In this document: positions 37,137 to 46,345 of the stretch, in pieces
How positions within the stretch are numbered: position 1 is the stretch's first letter
Layout: each line of letters opens with the position of its first letter
IMG/VR virus record: IMGVR_UViG_3300030419_007306
Span: 5,207-69,206 of that record
DNA length: 64,000 nt
Source: a virus
Strand: one strand, 5' to 3'
The notes under the pieces: model-generated
Seen by the model: the letters and a program-made list of their open reading frames with translations, nothing else
Told to the model about the DNA's origin: nothing
Databases searched by the model: none
Position numbers and translations under genes: made by a program

Positions 37137-38242
37137 GAAAGAACCTCGCTAATTTTTTCTGCTATTTTTTTGTACGAATATTGTTTTGAACTTTTTATGC
37201 CTTTTTCAGACTTGTTAGAGTAAACCTCTTTGTTCTCATACGCCTCTCTCATGCTTCGTCTTAATTCCATAACATCTATTTGCCTCCAAGTTTCTCTTGC
37301 TGTATATATATCGCTTAGAGGAGCCTCTTTTGTAGTCGTAGGTTGCTCGTAGCTTTTTACAGCCCATCCGTTTTCCTCTGCGAAGTCTGCGGCCCCAATG
37401 TCTTTTGTGGCTATAACAGGATTTCCCATAGCCATTGCGTCAAAAGCTGGGATACACCAAGATTCTCCCTGTGATGGCATCACAAAACAATCACATGCAG
37501 CGTGCAAGGACATTAATTGTTCTTCGGGTAAATAGCTTGTTATCAAGACATCTGATTTATAGTCTGCCATATCCGGATACATTCTCAGACGTGACTTTAC
37601 ATTTGATATTTTCTGAGACACCTCATTAGAAAGCTGGGCTGGGTTAGCTCCTGTTTTGTTTGTTTTTATAACTAATTTAGTATTTTCATTAAATTCAAAT
37701 TCAGAATGAAATGCAGTTATCAAAGAAACTAAATTTTTTCTTTGTATATATTCTCCAATAAAGTAAAATACAAAATCCTCTTCTTCTACAGTAGGTAGCT
37801 TGAAGGGCCTGTATTCTTTTTCAAATTTTGTTATATCAGAGGGTATCGGAATTACTTTTATTTTTTCTTCTTTTACTCCACTAACAATAAGACTATTTTT
37901 ATTAGCTTCGCTAGGAACCCATATCTCATCCATAAGATTAGCTCTACTTGGCCACGACGTATATTGTAGGTGGCTGGTTTCTAGGTGGCACAAAAGAACA
38001 TTCTTGTAATTTCCATTATAATCGGCAAAGTGTGGGAGACAGTTTTGAACAATGACATCGTAATCTTTCAAATCATTAAATTCATATTCCAATAAATCTT
38101 CGTCAAGCTCACAATAGGAGCTGCCTAAATAAATTGGTCTTATTGCTAAGTCTCCAACGTTGGCAAGAGCTTTTATATAATGCTTTGCCGCCTCTCCCCA
38201 TCCATCTGCTTGTCTGTATGGGCCTACAAATAATATGTTCAC
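37133..38242 (-). CDS. GT4-family glycosyltransferase
   Basis: DEIWVPS; RKNL; DCFVMPSQGESWCIPAFDAMAMGNPVIAT. Confidence 0.9.
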   Translation of the reverse strand: MNILFVGPYRQADGWGEAAKHYIKALANVGDLAIRPIYLGSSYCELDEDLLEYEFNDLKDYDVIVQNCLPHFADYNGNYKNVLLCHLETSHLQYTSWPSRANLMDEIWVPSEANKNSLIVSGVKEEKIKVIPIPSDITKFEKEYRPFKLPTVEEEDFVFYFIGEYIQRKNLVSLITAFHSEFEFNENTKLVIKTNKTGANPAQLSNEVSQKISNVKSRLRMYPDMADYKSDVLITSYLPEEQLMSLHAACDCFVMPSQGESWCIPAFDAMAMGNPVIATKDIGAADFAEENGWAVKSYEQPTTTKEAPLSDIYTARETWRQIDVMELRRSMREAYENKEVYSNKSEKGIKSSKQYSYKKIAEKISEVLS

Positions 38243-39903
38243 ATTGATTTCCTTGCGTGCGCGTATTGAATAAAGTCTGGTATCTCATGGGTTGTTAGTC
38301 CACACCTAGCCTTTTCACATTCATTTATATTGTTGGCTAATATTTTCATCGTTTTTAGAACATCTTCTCTGCCAAAAGGAATCCATGTTTTTCCAGTAAA
38401 TCTTGCTCCGTAGTTTAAGTCCCTTATCATTTCACTTTTTTGATGGGTTCTCATTCTTCCATGAAGTATTTGTTTCAAGGCAATTTCTACAAAATCCTTG
38501 TGGCTTATAATATTTTCAGGAACTTCTGCTGCCTCGTTCACAAGCCTAGGAGACGAACCCCATTGCCCCTGCAATTTTTTCAGCTCTATAGAATCAAAAT
38601 AATTTTCCCATGCCTTAGCAGTATGGTCCCAAGTGTAGTTATTAACTGCCGCTTCTCTGGCTTTAAACCCTTTCCTTTGTCTTATTGGCTCAGGAGAAGA
38701 AAAGAAGGCCAGCAAGGTTTGAGCTAAGTCATCGTTGTCTGGCATTGCTCTATATGCGCCAGTTTCTAGTTCTCTGAATAATCTTTTGACTTTGATTGGT
38801 TGTCCGTTTAAGTTTCTAACAACGTCTTCCATTGCGCTGTAGTCTACAGACATTATTGGAACGCCACAGGCTGCAGCTTCAACCTGAGGCATACCAAATC
38901 CCTCACAAATACTATATTGAACATACACATCAAATAGACACATTATATTTCTAAGCTGTTGGTCTGAAATTCCCTGCACTACGCTCGGAAACACGGCTGT
39001 ATGCTGTTTCGTAAAGGGCGACATCATGCTTGCGCCTTGAAAAAAAGACGGGAAGCATTGCCCTGTTTGCTTGCACAAGTATGTGAAAATAACCTTATTG
39101 CCTAGGCCAAACTCTTTGAGTAAAACTGGGATATCCCAGCCTACGTCCGGATAGCTAGTATGTAAATATAAAAATGTTTTTTTTGCCAGCTCCGTTTTTC
39201 CTTGCTGTTCGCATTGGTCTAGAAACTTTCTGAAAGCTTGGAATAAGTCTGGAAAAAGCTTTCTTTTTTGGTTTCTCATTACGGTGCCTATAATTTTAAT
39301 ATCACCTAACAACCCAGACTGTTCTTTATGAGTGGATTTATTTGCCACTGGCTTAAAAACTTCTATGTCTACACCCGGAGAAGCTATACCTACTGGATTT
39401 ATAGCGCCCCCGCTTTCTTTCGCTAGAACTTTTGCGCTCCAATCAGTGTATGTGAAAACTCCATCTGCACCAGAAAATACATCAATCCAGTCTGGTTGTT
39501 GAGGAGCAGAATCTACTGTTGGCATAATTGCCCAGTGATAATAATCCCTGAGAGGAGACCAAGACTGATAGCCCAACATCCAAAAATCTCTGATGTCGAA
39601 AACTATATCTGGCTTAAAATCCAGCAAAACCCTTTCAAATCTCCATCCTCCGAATTGATTGGTTGCGTTGCTATTGTATTCTTGCAACCTAGGGTCTTTA
39701 TCGTTTGGCGCATTCGCGTAGTAAGTCCAAGGAATTCCTCTGTCTCTTGGGTCGTTCACTCTTCCGTAAGTAGCAAATTCGGCTAATTCATACTTGCCGG
39801 TATTATGTAGCCTAGACATTACTTCCTTACCGTACTTACCATAACCACTAAATAAGAACGAGGCTTCATTGCAGAGAAGTATTTTATGTTTCTTGGTTGG
39901 CAT
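38239..39903 (-). CDS. GT4-family glycosyltransferase
   Basis: SGYG; RNQKRK; DVYVQYSICEGFGMPQVEAAACGVP. Confidence 0.9.
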   Translation of the reverse strand: MPTKKHKILLCNEASFLFSGYGKYGKEVMSRLHNTGKYELAEFATYGRVNDPRDRGIPWTYYANAPNDKDPRLQEYNSNATNQFGGWRFERVLLDFKPDIVFDIRDFWMLGYQSWSPLRDYYHWAIMPTVDSAPQQPDWIDVFSGADGVFTYTDWSAKVLAKESGGAINPVGIASPGVDIEVFKPVANKSTHKEQSGLLGDIKIIGTVMRNQKRKLFPDLFQAFRKFLDQCEQQGKTELAKKTFLYLHTSYPDVGWDIPVLLKEFGLGNKVIFTYLCKQTGQCFPSFFQGASMMSPFTKQHTAVFPSVVQGISDQQLRNIMCLFDVYVQYSICEGFGMPQVEAAACGVPIMSVDYSAMEDVVRNLNGQPIKVKRLFRELETGAYRAMPDNDDLAQTLLAFFSSPEPIRQRKGFKAREAAVNNYTWDHTAKAWENYFDSIELKKLQGQWGSSPRLVNEAAEVPENIISHKDFVEIALKQILHGRMRTHQKSEMIRDLNYGARFTGKTWIPFGREDVLKTMKILANNINECEKARCGLTTHEIPDFIQYAHARKSM

Positions 39904-40396
39904 CTTTAACTTTCTTTATAGCTGACTTAAATGCTTCGTTAGCCCACCCTCTTGAATGTCCAAAATGATGGCCTATTTCTTGCATCGTATAACCACAGAC
40001 ACGCAATCTCAAAATTTTTCTTTCCTTAGAAGTAAGATTGCTTGGTTCTAATTCGTTAAAAATGGTTTCGTACTTTTTGTCTTCTGTCATCTTTGGTAAC
40101 GAGTAGGGCAGGTCACTAAAGTTTACAAACTTTAATTCTTGCTCTTTGGTCCTAGTCTTTGGCATGTTCCTTATTATTTCCCATCGAATATAATACCATG
40201 CTATAGTAGACAGAGCGCCTCTTTTTGGGTTGTGCTTTTGTATGGCTTTCCATAGACCAATACGGCCCGATTGTATATAATCATCAAGCTCTAAAGCAGT
40301 TTTAGGTTTAAAAGAACGGGCAAGAGAAACAACCAACCCCATATTATCTGAGATTAGTTGCTCCTCTTTCTCCCGTATTTTGGAATCCGCTGTCAT
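39884..40396 (-). CDS. Phage sigma-70 family RNA polymerase sigma factor
   Basis: Region 2 (NMGLVVSLA..DDYIQSGRIGLWKAIQKHNPKRG.LSTIAWYYIR) and region 4 HTH (LTSKERKILRLR..GYTMQEIG). Confidence 0.85.
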   Translation of the reverse strand: MTADSKIREKEEQLISDNMGLVVSLARSFKPKTALELDDYIQSGRIGLWKAIQKHNPKRGALSTIAWYYIRWEIIRNMPKTRTKEQELKFVNFSDLPYSLPKMTEDKKYETIFNELEPSNLTSKERKILRLRVCGYTMQEIGHHFGHSRGWANEAFKSAIKKVKDANQET

Positions 40397-40405
40397 AAAA
40401 TCCTT

Positions 40406-40834
40406 TTAAAACGGCACAGATTCTTCGGTGCTTGTAGACGAAGAACCTTGTCCTTCTGCGGCTGAGGCTTCAGAAGAGTCGCTTGTTTCCTGAGATGATT
40501 TTTTTCCACGAGGAGGAAACTCAAAACTACTTACCCTAATCTTATCACGAGAGCGCTTATTTCCCTCTTTATCTTCCCATTTTTCATTTTTAAGAGAACC
40601 ATTAATAATTATTTGGTCTCCTTTACTAAACCACTTGGCTATTGTTTCTGCTCCGCTGTCCCAAGCTTCACAATTAACAAAAGTCGTTTCTTCGTCCGAA
40701 GTCCCATCTTTCTTTCTGAACCTTCTAGAAGAGGCTAAAACAAAGTTAACAACCTTAGTACCTCTTTCTCCCACTGTAATCTCTTTTAGTTCAGGGTCTC
40801 TTGTAAAAGCTCCGCTGAGATGCACAATATTCAT
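40406..40834 (-). CDS. ssb: Single-stranded DNA-binding protein
   Basis: G.FTRDPEL; FVNCEAW; KGDQI.I.G.L...WEDKEG; C-terminal VPF. Confidence 0.9.
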   Translation of the reverse strand: MNIVHLSGAFTRDPELKEITVGERGTKVVNFVLASSRRFRKKDGTSDEETTFVNCEAWDSGAETIAKWFSKGDQIIINGSLKNEKWEDKEGNKRSRDKIRVSSFEFPPRGKKSSQETSDSSEASAAEGQGSSSTSTEESVPF

Positions 40835-40869
40835 ACTAGTCCTCCATAAGAAAATAATTACATACTAAC

Positions 40870-40897
40870 AATATATTCACAACTAAAGTTTTGTCAA
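40870..40897 (-). promoter_or_regulatory. Sigma70-type promoter TTGACA-16-TATATT for ssb/sigma/GT operon
   Basis: Perfect -35 and near-consensus -10 in the intergenic gap. Confidence 0.65.
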
Positions 40898-40905
40898 GGC
40901 AAAAG

Positions 40906-42549
40906 CTATATTTGCCAGACTTTTTGTACAATAAAACTTTCTTTCTTTTTATCTAAAGTACCACTTATCATTAAGGTGTTACCCTCTGTTAGCAAATCTT
41001 TATATGACCTCCAACTCTCTGGAAATATAACGCAATCTAAAGCACATGTGCTATCGCTTACATTAAGAAAAGCCATCTCTTCTCCTCTGCTTGGGCCATT
41101 CTTAACTTGAATTTGTCTAATAGAATCTAATTGAACCGCAACCAAGGGAGTTTCTCCTGCGTTTCTGTTTGCTATATCTCGGCAGGTGGCGTTTGCTGAG
41201 CTTGTATCACACGCATCTATTTTTGTGCATGTTACTGGTATTCCTAGTAAAAATTCTTCTTTATTAGCAACCCACTCTGGAGTGTCTTCTAGTGCGTAAG
41301 GAGGCTTTTCAAGAGACTGAGCTATGCTTTTAAATGATTCAAATCTTTTTTTGTTTGCTATAGCACCCGCCCTACCAATGGGCTGTTCCATCATTAGGTT
41401 CATAGCGTCTATCACAGCAATATGATTTTGATTTTTGTTATCCAAAACAAATTTACGAATCCACCCCAGTTCCTTATTTGTAAAGTTTGATACAACATCA
41501 TACTCATATAACATTTTTGTTCGATTGGAATTTATAAAAGACAAGGCCCCAACGGATACCATGGCTTTAACTGCTGTGCTATTTATTTTTGTGCAGAAAA
41601 ACAACAGAGATTCTAGCCAAGACCAGTTCTCCAAAGGTCTTCCTAGAACGTCAGACGTTTCTTCTATTTCCTTTTTTATTTTTTTAATTACGGCTAGCCC
41701 AACCCCCTTGATGTCGGAAATCCCAAAATAAATGTTATCTTCACTAAGTTTAAAATTAGAATTCAACTTTCTAAGGTCTGGAGGATAAATATCTATGTTC
41801 ATAAGCCTTGCATTATTTACCAGCTCATTTATTTCTTCGTGTGGTTTTTGTTTCTCTTTAGAGAAGTACAAGTAGGATGTAAAAAATTCCTTGCTAAAGT
41901 GAGCTTTTGAATACGCTGACAAATAAGCATTTATTGCATAGCTGACAGCATGAGATTTATTAAATGAATATCTCTGAGATTTTTCCACCCAGCTAAAAAT
42001 TTCTTCTGCCTGCTCTTTATTTACTATATTGAGTTCGCTAGTTCCTTCTAAGAACATCTTCTTTACTCTTGACATTTCATCGGTCTTTTTTTTGCCGATT
42101 GCTTTACGGAGAATATCTGCTTTTTGGAGATTAAAATTTGCTATCTTTTGAGCTATTTGCATACTCTGTTCTTGAAATACCAGAATACCATAAGTTTCTT
42201 TTAAGATTTCTTCCAGAGACGGATGGAAATAATCTATAGGCTCTTTTCCATGCTTACGGTCTATATAATGATTGGTGAGGCTTTTGCCTTCCACCATAGC
42301 TTCCATACAGCCCGGTCTCATGATAGAAATGAGAGCGGCTAATTCATCTATGTTTCTTGGTTTAGCTCTTTTTGCCAAGCTTTGCCCCAACCGACTTTCT
42401 AGCTGAAAGCAGCCTTTGGTATTTCCGTTGCCTATGATGTCCCAAGTGTTAGAACAATCTAGAGGCAAGGATTCTATGTTGGGGTTGAAACAAATTTTAT
42501 TGTCTACTAGCGGGAATTTACACCCGCAAGAAAATTCCAAATGAGACAT
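40906..42549 (-). CDS. dnaE: DNA polymerase III alpha, C-terminal half (fingers, HhH, OB)
   Basis: GCFQLES; RPG; ETYGILVFQEQ; LRKAIGKK; YSFNKSHAVSYA; IKGVG; MAFL..SD. Confidence 0.9.
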   Translation of the reverse strand: MSHLEFSCGCKFPLVDNKICFNPNIESLPLDCSNTWDIIGNGNTKGCFQLESRLGQSLAKRAKPRNIDELAALISIMRPGCMEAMVEGKSLTNHYIDRKHGKEPIDYFHPSLEEILKETYGILVFQEQSMQIAQKIANFNLQKADILRKAIGKKKTDEMSRVKKMFLEGTSELNIVNKEQAEEIFSWVEKSQRYSFNKSHAVSYAINAYLSAYSKAHFSKEFFTSYLYFSKEKQKPHEEINELVNNARLMNIDIYPPDLRKLNSNFKLSEDNIYFGISDIKGVGLAVIKKIKKEIEETSDVLGRPLENWSWLESLLFFCTKINSTAVKAMVSVGALSFINSNRTKMLYEYDVVSNFTNKELGWIRKFVLDNKNQNHIAVIDAMNLMMEQPIGRAGAIANKKRFESFKSIAQSLEKPPYALEDTPEWVANKEEFLLGIPVTCTKIDACDTSSANATCRDIANRNAGETPLVAVQLDSIRQIQVKNGPSRGEEMAFLNVSDSTCALDCVIFPESWRSYKDLLTEGNTLMISGTLDKKKESFIVQKVWQI

Positions 42550-42551
42550 GA

Positions 42552-43229
42552 TTACCCTGCGTTTGCAAATGAGTTCCTAAATTTTACCGTCTTTGCCGTC
42601 CTACGATGAAGCCGCAAAAACCTACAAAGTAAATTGGCTGCGTCCTTAACATCTTGAAGGGCGTCGTGAGCATTGGCCACACTCATCCCAAAATATTCTC
42701 TCATATTATCCATGCTGTAGCTAGTGACTTCTGTTGAGTTTTCAAACCAAGGAAACATCCAGTGCATCAAATCTATCTTATCCCTTGGGTGAAATATTTC
42801 TTTCGATTTAGAATGCTTTGCGCACATTCTTTCTACTATGGGCAAATCAAAATTATGTATATTATAACCACACGCTATGGGAGCGGAGAATTTTGTTTTT
42901 CTTTGGCCTACCTTATGAAATTTACTCAAGAACTCTATAAAATTTCCCCAGACAATTTTTTGAGGAGGAGCGCTTTTCCATAATTCCAATATTTCATCTA
43001 CGCTGCATCCTCTAATATTTGCATGCCATTCTATGGTTGCTCTATTTTTATCTACATAGTTTTTATTATCAATTCCTTCTGGCCTTATAAAGGAGTTGAA
43101 TTCTGCCTTATTAACCAACTCTAGCTTTCTAGGGTCTACAATGACAGCAGCCAGCTGCACTGGATTCAAGGTCTTTACATCTCTGCCATCTGTTTCAAAA
43201 TCGAATACGCAAATTTTATTTTTATTCAT
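42552..43229 (-). CDS. DEDDh 3'-5' exonuclease (DnaQ/epsilon-like)
   Basis: FDFETDG; GYN..NFD; AHDALQD. Confidence 0.9.
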   Translation of the reverse strand: MNKNKICVFDFETDGRDVKTLNPVQLAAVIVDPRKLELVNKAEFNSFIRPEGIDNKNYVDKNRATIEWHANIRGCSVDEILELWKSAPPQKIVWGNFIEFLSKFHKVGQRKTKFSAPIACGYNIHNFDLPIVERMCAKHSKSKEIFHPRDKIDLMHWMFPWFENSTEVTSYSMDNMREYFGMSVANAHDALQDVKDAANLLCRFLRLHRRTAKTVKFRNSFANAG

Positions 43230-44305
43230 TTTATTCTACTAACCCTCACAAAAGTAGTTCTTTTACTTAAATCTTTCAGTCTCTTTGCCCCAACATAGGC
43301 GCAGGCGCTCCTAATACCACCTAGTATTTGATGTACTACATCATCAACAGGGCCTTTGTATGCAATTTTTTTAACCTCACCCTCTGATGCTCGGTATTCT
43401 GCTACTCCTCCGCTGTGTTTTTTCATTGCCGTTGAACTTGACATACCATAAAATTTAAGAGATTTCTTTTTTTGTCCGTTTACTTTTCCAGATGTAAATG
43501 TGTCTTTTTCCTTAACCCCCCATTCTATGTCTGCTCCGTACTCCCATTCTCCATCGCATTCGTCTGTCCCAGCAAACATTCCGCCTAGCATTACAAAATC
43601 TGCACCGCCACCAAAAGCCTTGGATACATCAGAGGGAGTCTGGCATCCTCCATCGGCGCATATGTGCGCCCCTAGTCCATGTGCAGCGTCAGAGCATTCT
43701 ATTACAGCAGAAAGCTGCGGATATCCTACTCCAGCGACTAGCCTAGTTGTGCAAACACTGCCTGGCCCAATGCCTATTTTGACTATATCTACTCCGGCTT
43801 GTAAGACAAGCTCTTGTACCATTTCTGGAGTGCATACATTTCCAGCCATTAAAATTGATTTAGGAAACTGACTTCTAATCTCAGCAACTCTTTCCACAAA
43901 ATAATCCGTATAACCATTAGCTACATCAATACAAATGCTGTTAATAGGAACTCTGTTTGATACTTCGTTTAATTTCGCTCTGTCTTTTTTGCCTGTTCCT
44001 AATGTATAGAAGGTTAAGTCTGACATCAGAGAATTGGATTTTATGAAATCGCAAATAGAATCTATTTCATAATGTTTATGTAGGCATGTAGGCATATTGT
44101 GTTGATAGAGAGCCTTTGCCATCGCAAAGGTTCCCGTTGTGTCCATATTGGCCGCAAAAATTGGAATCCCTTCCCATCCTTGCCTTGACCCCCTAAATTT
44201 AAAAAACCTTCGTAGGTCAACCTCTTTTCTGCTAGCCGTGGCAGACCTTTGTGGTCGTATTAAAACGTCTTTGAAGTCAAGCTTTGTATCATGTAGTATT
44301 TGCAT
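43226..44305 (-). CDS. guaC: GMP reductase
   Basis: KLDFKDVLIRP; AANMDTTGT; IDVANGY; KIGIGPGSVCTTR; FYGMSS; YRASEG. Confidence 0.93.
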   Translation of the reverse strand: MQILHDTKLDFKDVLIRPQRSATASRKEVDLRRFFKFRGSRQGWEGIPIFAANMDTTGTFAMAKALYQHNMPTCLHKHYEIDSICDFIKSNSLMSDLTFYTLGTGKKDRAKLNEVSNRVPINSICIDVANGYTDYFVERVAEIRSQFPKSILMAGNVCTPEMVQELVLQAGVDIVKIGIGPGSVCTTRLVAGVGYPQLSAVIECSDAAHGLGAHICADGGCQTPSDVSKAFGGGADFVMLGGMFAGTDECDGEWEYGADIEWGVKEKDTFTSGKVNGQKKKSLKFYGMSSSTAMKKHSGGVAEYRASEGEVKKIAYKGPVDDVVHQILGGIRSACAYVGAKRLKDLSKRTTFVRVSRIK

Positions 44306-44614
44306 TTAATTTTCACTTGGTTCTGAAAAATTTCTACGTAGATTTATAATATACTGCTGTAGCGCATTTCTTTGAGCTTTTAACTTATCTATTTCATTAC
44401 AGAGTAGGTCTTGATTAATTTGATGGGCGTATTTTTCGAAACTGTTATATTGATTATATTTCAAAACCTCGTTTTCTTTTTTAAAGCGTCGAATCGCAAG
44501 GCTTGCAGAATAAATAGCATCAGCAATTAAGTCTGGTCCCGACAACATAGGGTCACAAAAATCTTTTAGCCAAACATCTACGGCGTCTTCTAGGTCTTCA
44601 TAACTAAATTGCAT
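44306..44614 (-). CDS. Hypothetical protein
   Basis: 102-aa ORF in the operon with a C-terminal coiled coil. Confidence 0.5.
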   Translation of the reverse strand: MQFSYEDLEDAVDVWLKDFCDPMLSGPDLIADAIYSASLAIRRFKKENEVLKYNQYNSFEKYAHQINQDLLCNEIDKLKAQRNALQQYIINLRRNFSEPSEN

Positions 44615-45146
44615 TTTTTGCCAACCTTATACATTCTAAAGCTATATCCATTTTGTTTCTGCCGGTTTGCATTAGATAAGAGGGGTGATAGCACGGCACG
44701 ACTAACGACGGCAGATATTCGAGCTGATGTTCTTTATTTATATAGTCGGCTAATTTGAAAGTCTTTTTTAATCTCAATAATAAGCCAGTGGGAGTTTTGC
44801 CAAGTGTTAAAATTACCTTTGGATTTATGCTTTTCATCTCAGTCCAGAGCCATCTTTTACATGTCGCAATTTCTTCGGAGGTAGGAGCGCGATTCTTTTT
44901 GCCTGCGACTGGCCGACATTTGACAACGTTGGTTATATAGATATTATCTCTGTCGATTCCACATTCGTCAAGCATCTTTGTTAGAAGGTCTCCGCATCTG
45001 CCAATAAACGGTTCCGCCAACAAGTCTTCGTCTGCGCCGGGAGCCTCTCCGATAATCATTAAACTAGAGGGGACTGGACCCTTTCCGACTACTACATTTG
45101 TTCTTGTCTCACACAACCCACACAACATGCAATTAATATCAGTCAT
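44604..45146 (-). CDS. udg: Uracil-DNA glycosylase family 4 (4Fe-4S)
   Basis: CxxC; IGEAPG..ED...PFIG; NVVKCRP..NRAP; YHPSY. Confidence 0.92.
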   Translation of the reverse strand: MTDINCMLCGLCETRTNVVVGKGPVPSSLMIIGEAPGADEDLLAEPFIGRCGDLLTKMLDECGIDRDNIYITNVVKCRPVAGKKNRAPTSEEIATCKRWLWTEMKSINPKVILTLGKTPTGLLLRLKKTFKLADYINKEHQLEYLPSLVVPCYHPSYLMQTGRNKMDIALECIRLAKNAI

Positions 45147-46345
45147 TTTTGAAAATATCCTTTATTTCCTAAACATTCATTAGCTTCTCCAATTCTTTTA
45201 AGAGCAAGCGAGTATGCTGCTGCGCGCATGGAAATACCATGTTCTATACATCTCTCAAAAACTTTTTGAGTTGCTTGTCTTATTTTATTTCTTAATTGTA
45301 GATTAACTTCATCTTCCTGCCACTCTTGGGCCTGTCTGTTCTGGAGCCATTCAAAATATGAAACTATAACACCGCCAGAATTTGCCAATATATCTGGAAC
45401 AACAAATACATTTTTATTTTCTAGGATTAAATCTGCTTCATGGCTTGTTGGACTATTTGCCAACTCAAGAACAATCTTGGCTTTTATTTTATCTGCATTG
45501 CTTTCAGTTATAACATTTTCTATGGCTGCTGGTACTAATATTTCTACGGGAAGTTCTAGTAGCTCTTCGTTTGTTATTTTTTCACCCTTGATATTGTTAG
45601 GGTCGATTCCTTCTGGGTTATACACTCCCCCTGCGACATCAGAAACAGCAACGATTTTAAGACCTTCTTGTTGGCATTTGCTGGCAAAGTGATAGCCAAC
45701 ATTTCCAAGTCCTTGAATTGCTATAGAAGCCTGCTTATTAGATTGGAGTCTGTTCAAAATATAATTTAAAACGTAATATCCTCCATATCCAGTTGCTGTT
45801 GTTCTTCCTTTTATGCCCCCCAGAGGAACTGGTTTTCCTGTAATTATATCTTTAGGATTTCCTCTCTTGATTCTTTTGTATTCAGAATACATCCATCCCA
45901 TCACTATTTCGTCAGTTCCCATGTCGGGAGCAGGAACATCGGTGTCTGGTCCGATAAAATCACAGAAGGTTGCTATATATGCCTTGCTTAACCTTTCTAA
46001 TTCTCTATGGGATAATTTGCTAGGGTCAACCGCAACTCCTCCCTTAGCTCCTCCAAATGGAACTTTGGCAACTGCGCATTTGAATGTCATAAGAAAAGCT
46101 AAGGTTTCTGCGTGCTCCCTGTCTACGGAAGGGTGGTATCTTATACCTCCTTTTGTTGGTCCTAAAGTATCATCGTACTGACAACGATATGCCCTATATG
46201 TTTTAAGAGTTCCGTCGTCGTGTCTCATAGGCAGAGTGGCTTCCATTGTTTTGTGGGGATACTGTAATTTTTCCCAACTTTCTGGGTCTATGTCGGCATA
46301 TGGTAGCGCAAGATTTAAATACTTCTTTACTGAACTTAAAAGCAT
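45143..46345 (-). CDS. gdhA: Glu/Leu/Phe/Val dehydrogenase (glutamate dehydrogenase)
   Basis: GPTKGGIRYHP; MTFKC; FGGAKGG; DVPAPD; GLGNVG; PDILANSGGVIVSYFEW. Confidence 0.92.
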   Translation of the reverse strand: MLLSSVKKYLNLALPYADIDPESWEKLQYPHKTMEATLPMRHDDGTLKTYRAYRCQYDDTLGPTKGGIRYHPSVDREHAETLAFLMTFKCAVAKVPFGGAKGGVAVDPSKLSHRELERLSKAYIATFCDFIGPDTDVPAPDMGTDEIVMGWMYSEYKRIKRGNPKDIITGKPVPLGGIKGRTTATGYGGYYVLNYILNRLQSNKQASIAIQGLGNVGYHFASKCQQEGLKIVAVSDVAGGVYNPEGIDPNNIKGEKITNEELLELPVEILVPAAIENVITESNADKIKAKIVLELANSPTSHEADLILENKNVFVVPDILANSGGVIVSYFEWLQNRQAQEWQEDEVNLQLRNKIRQATQKVFERCIEHGISMRAAAYSLALKRIGEANECLGNKGYFQK

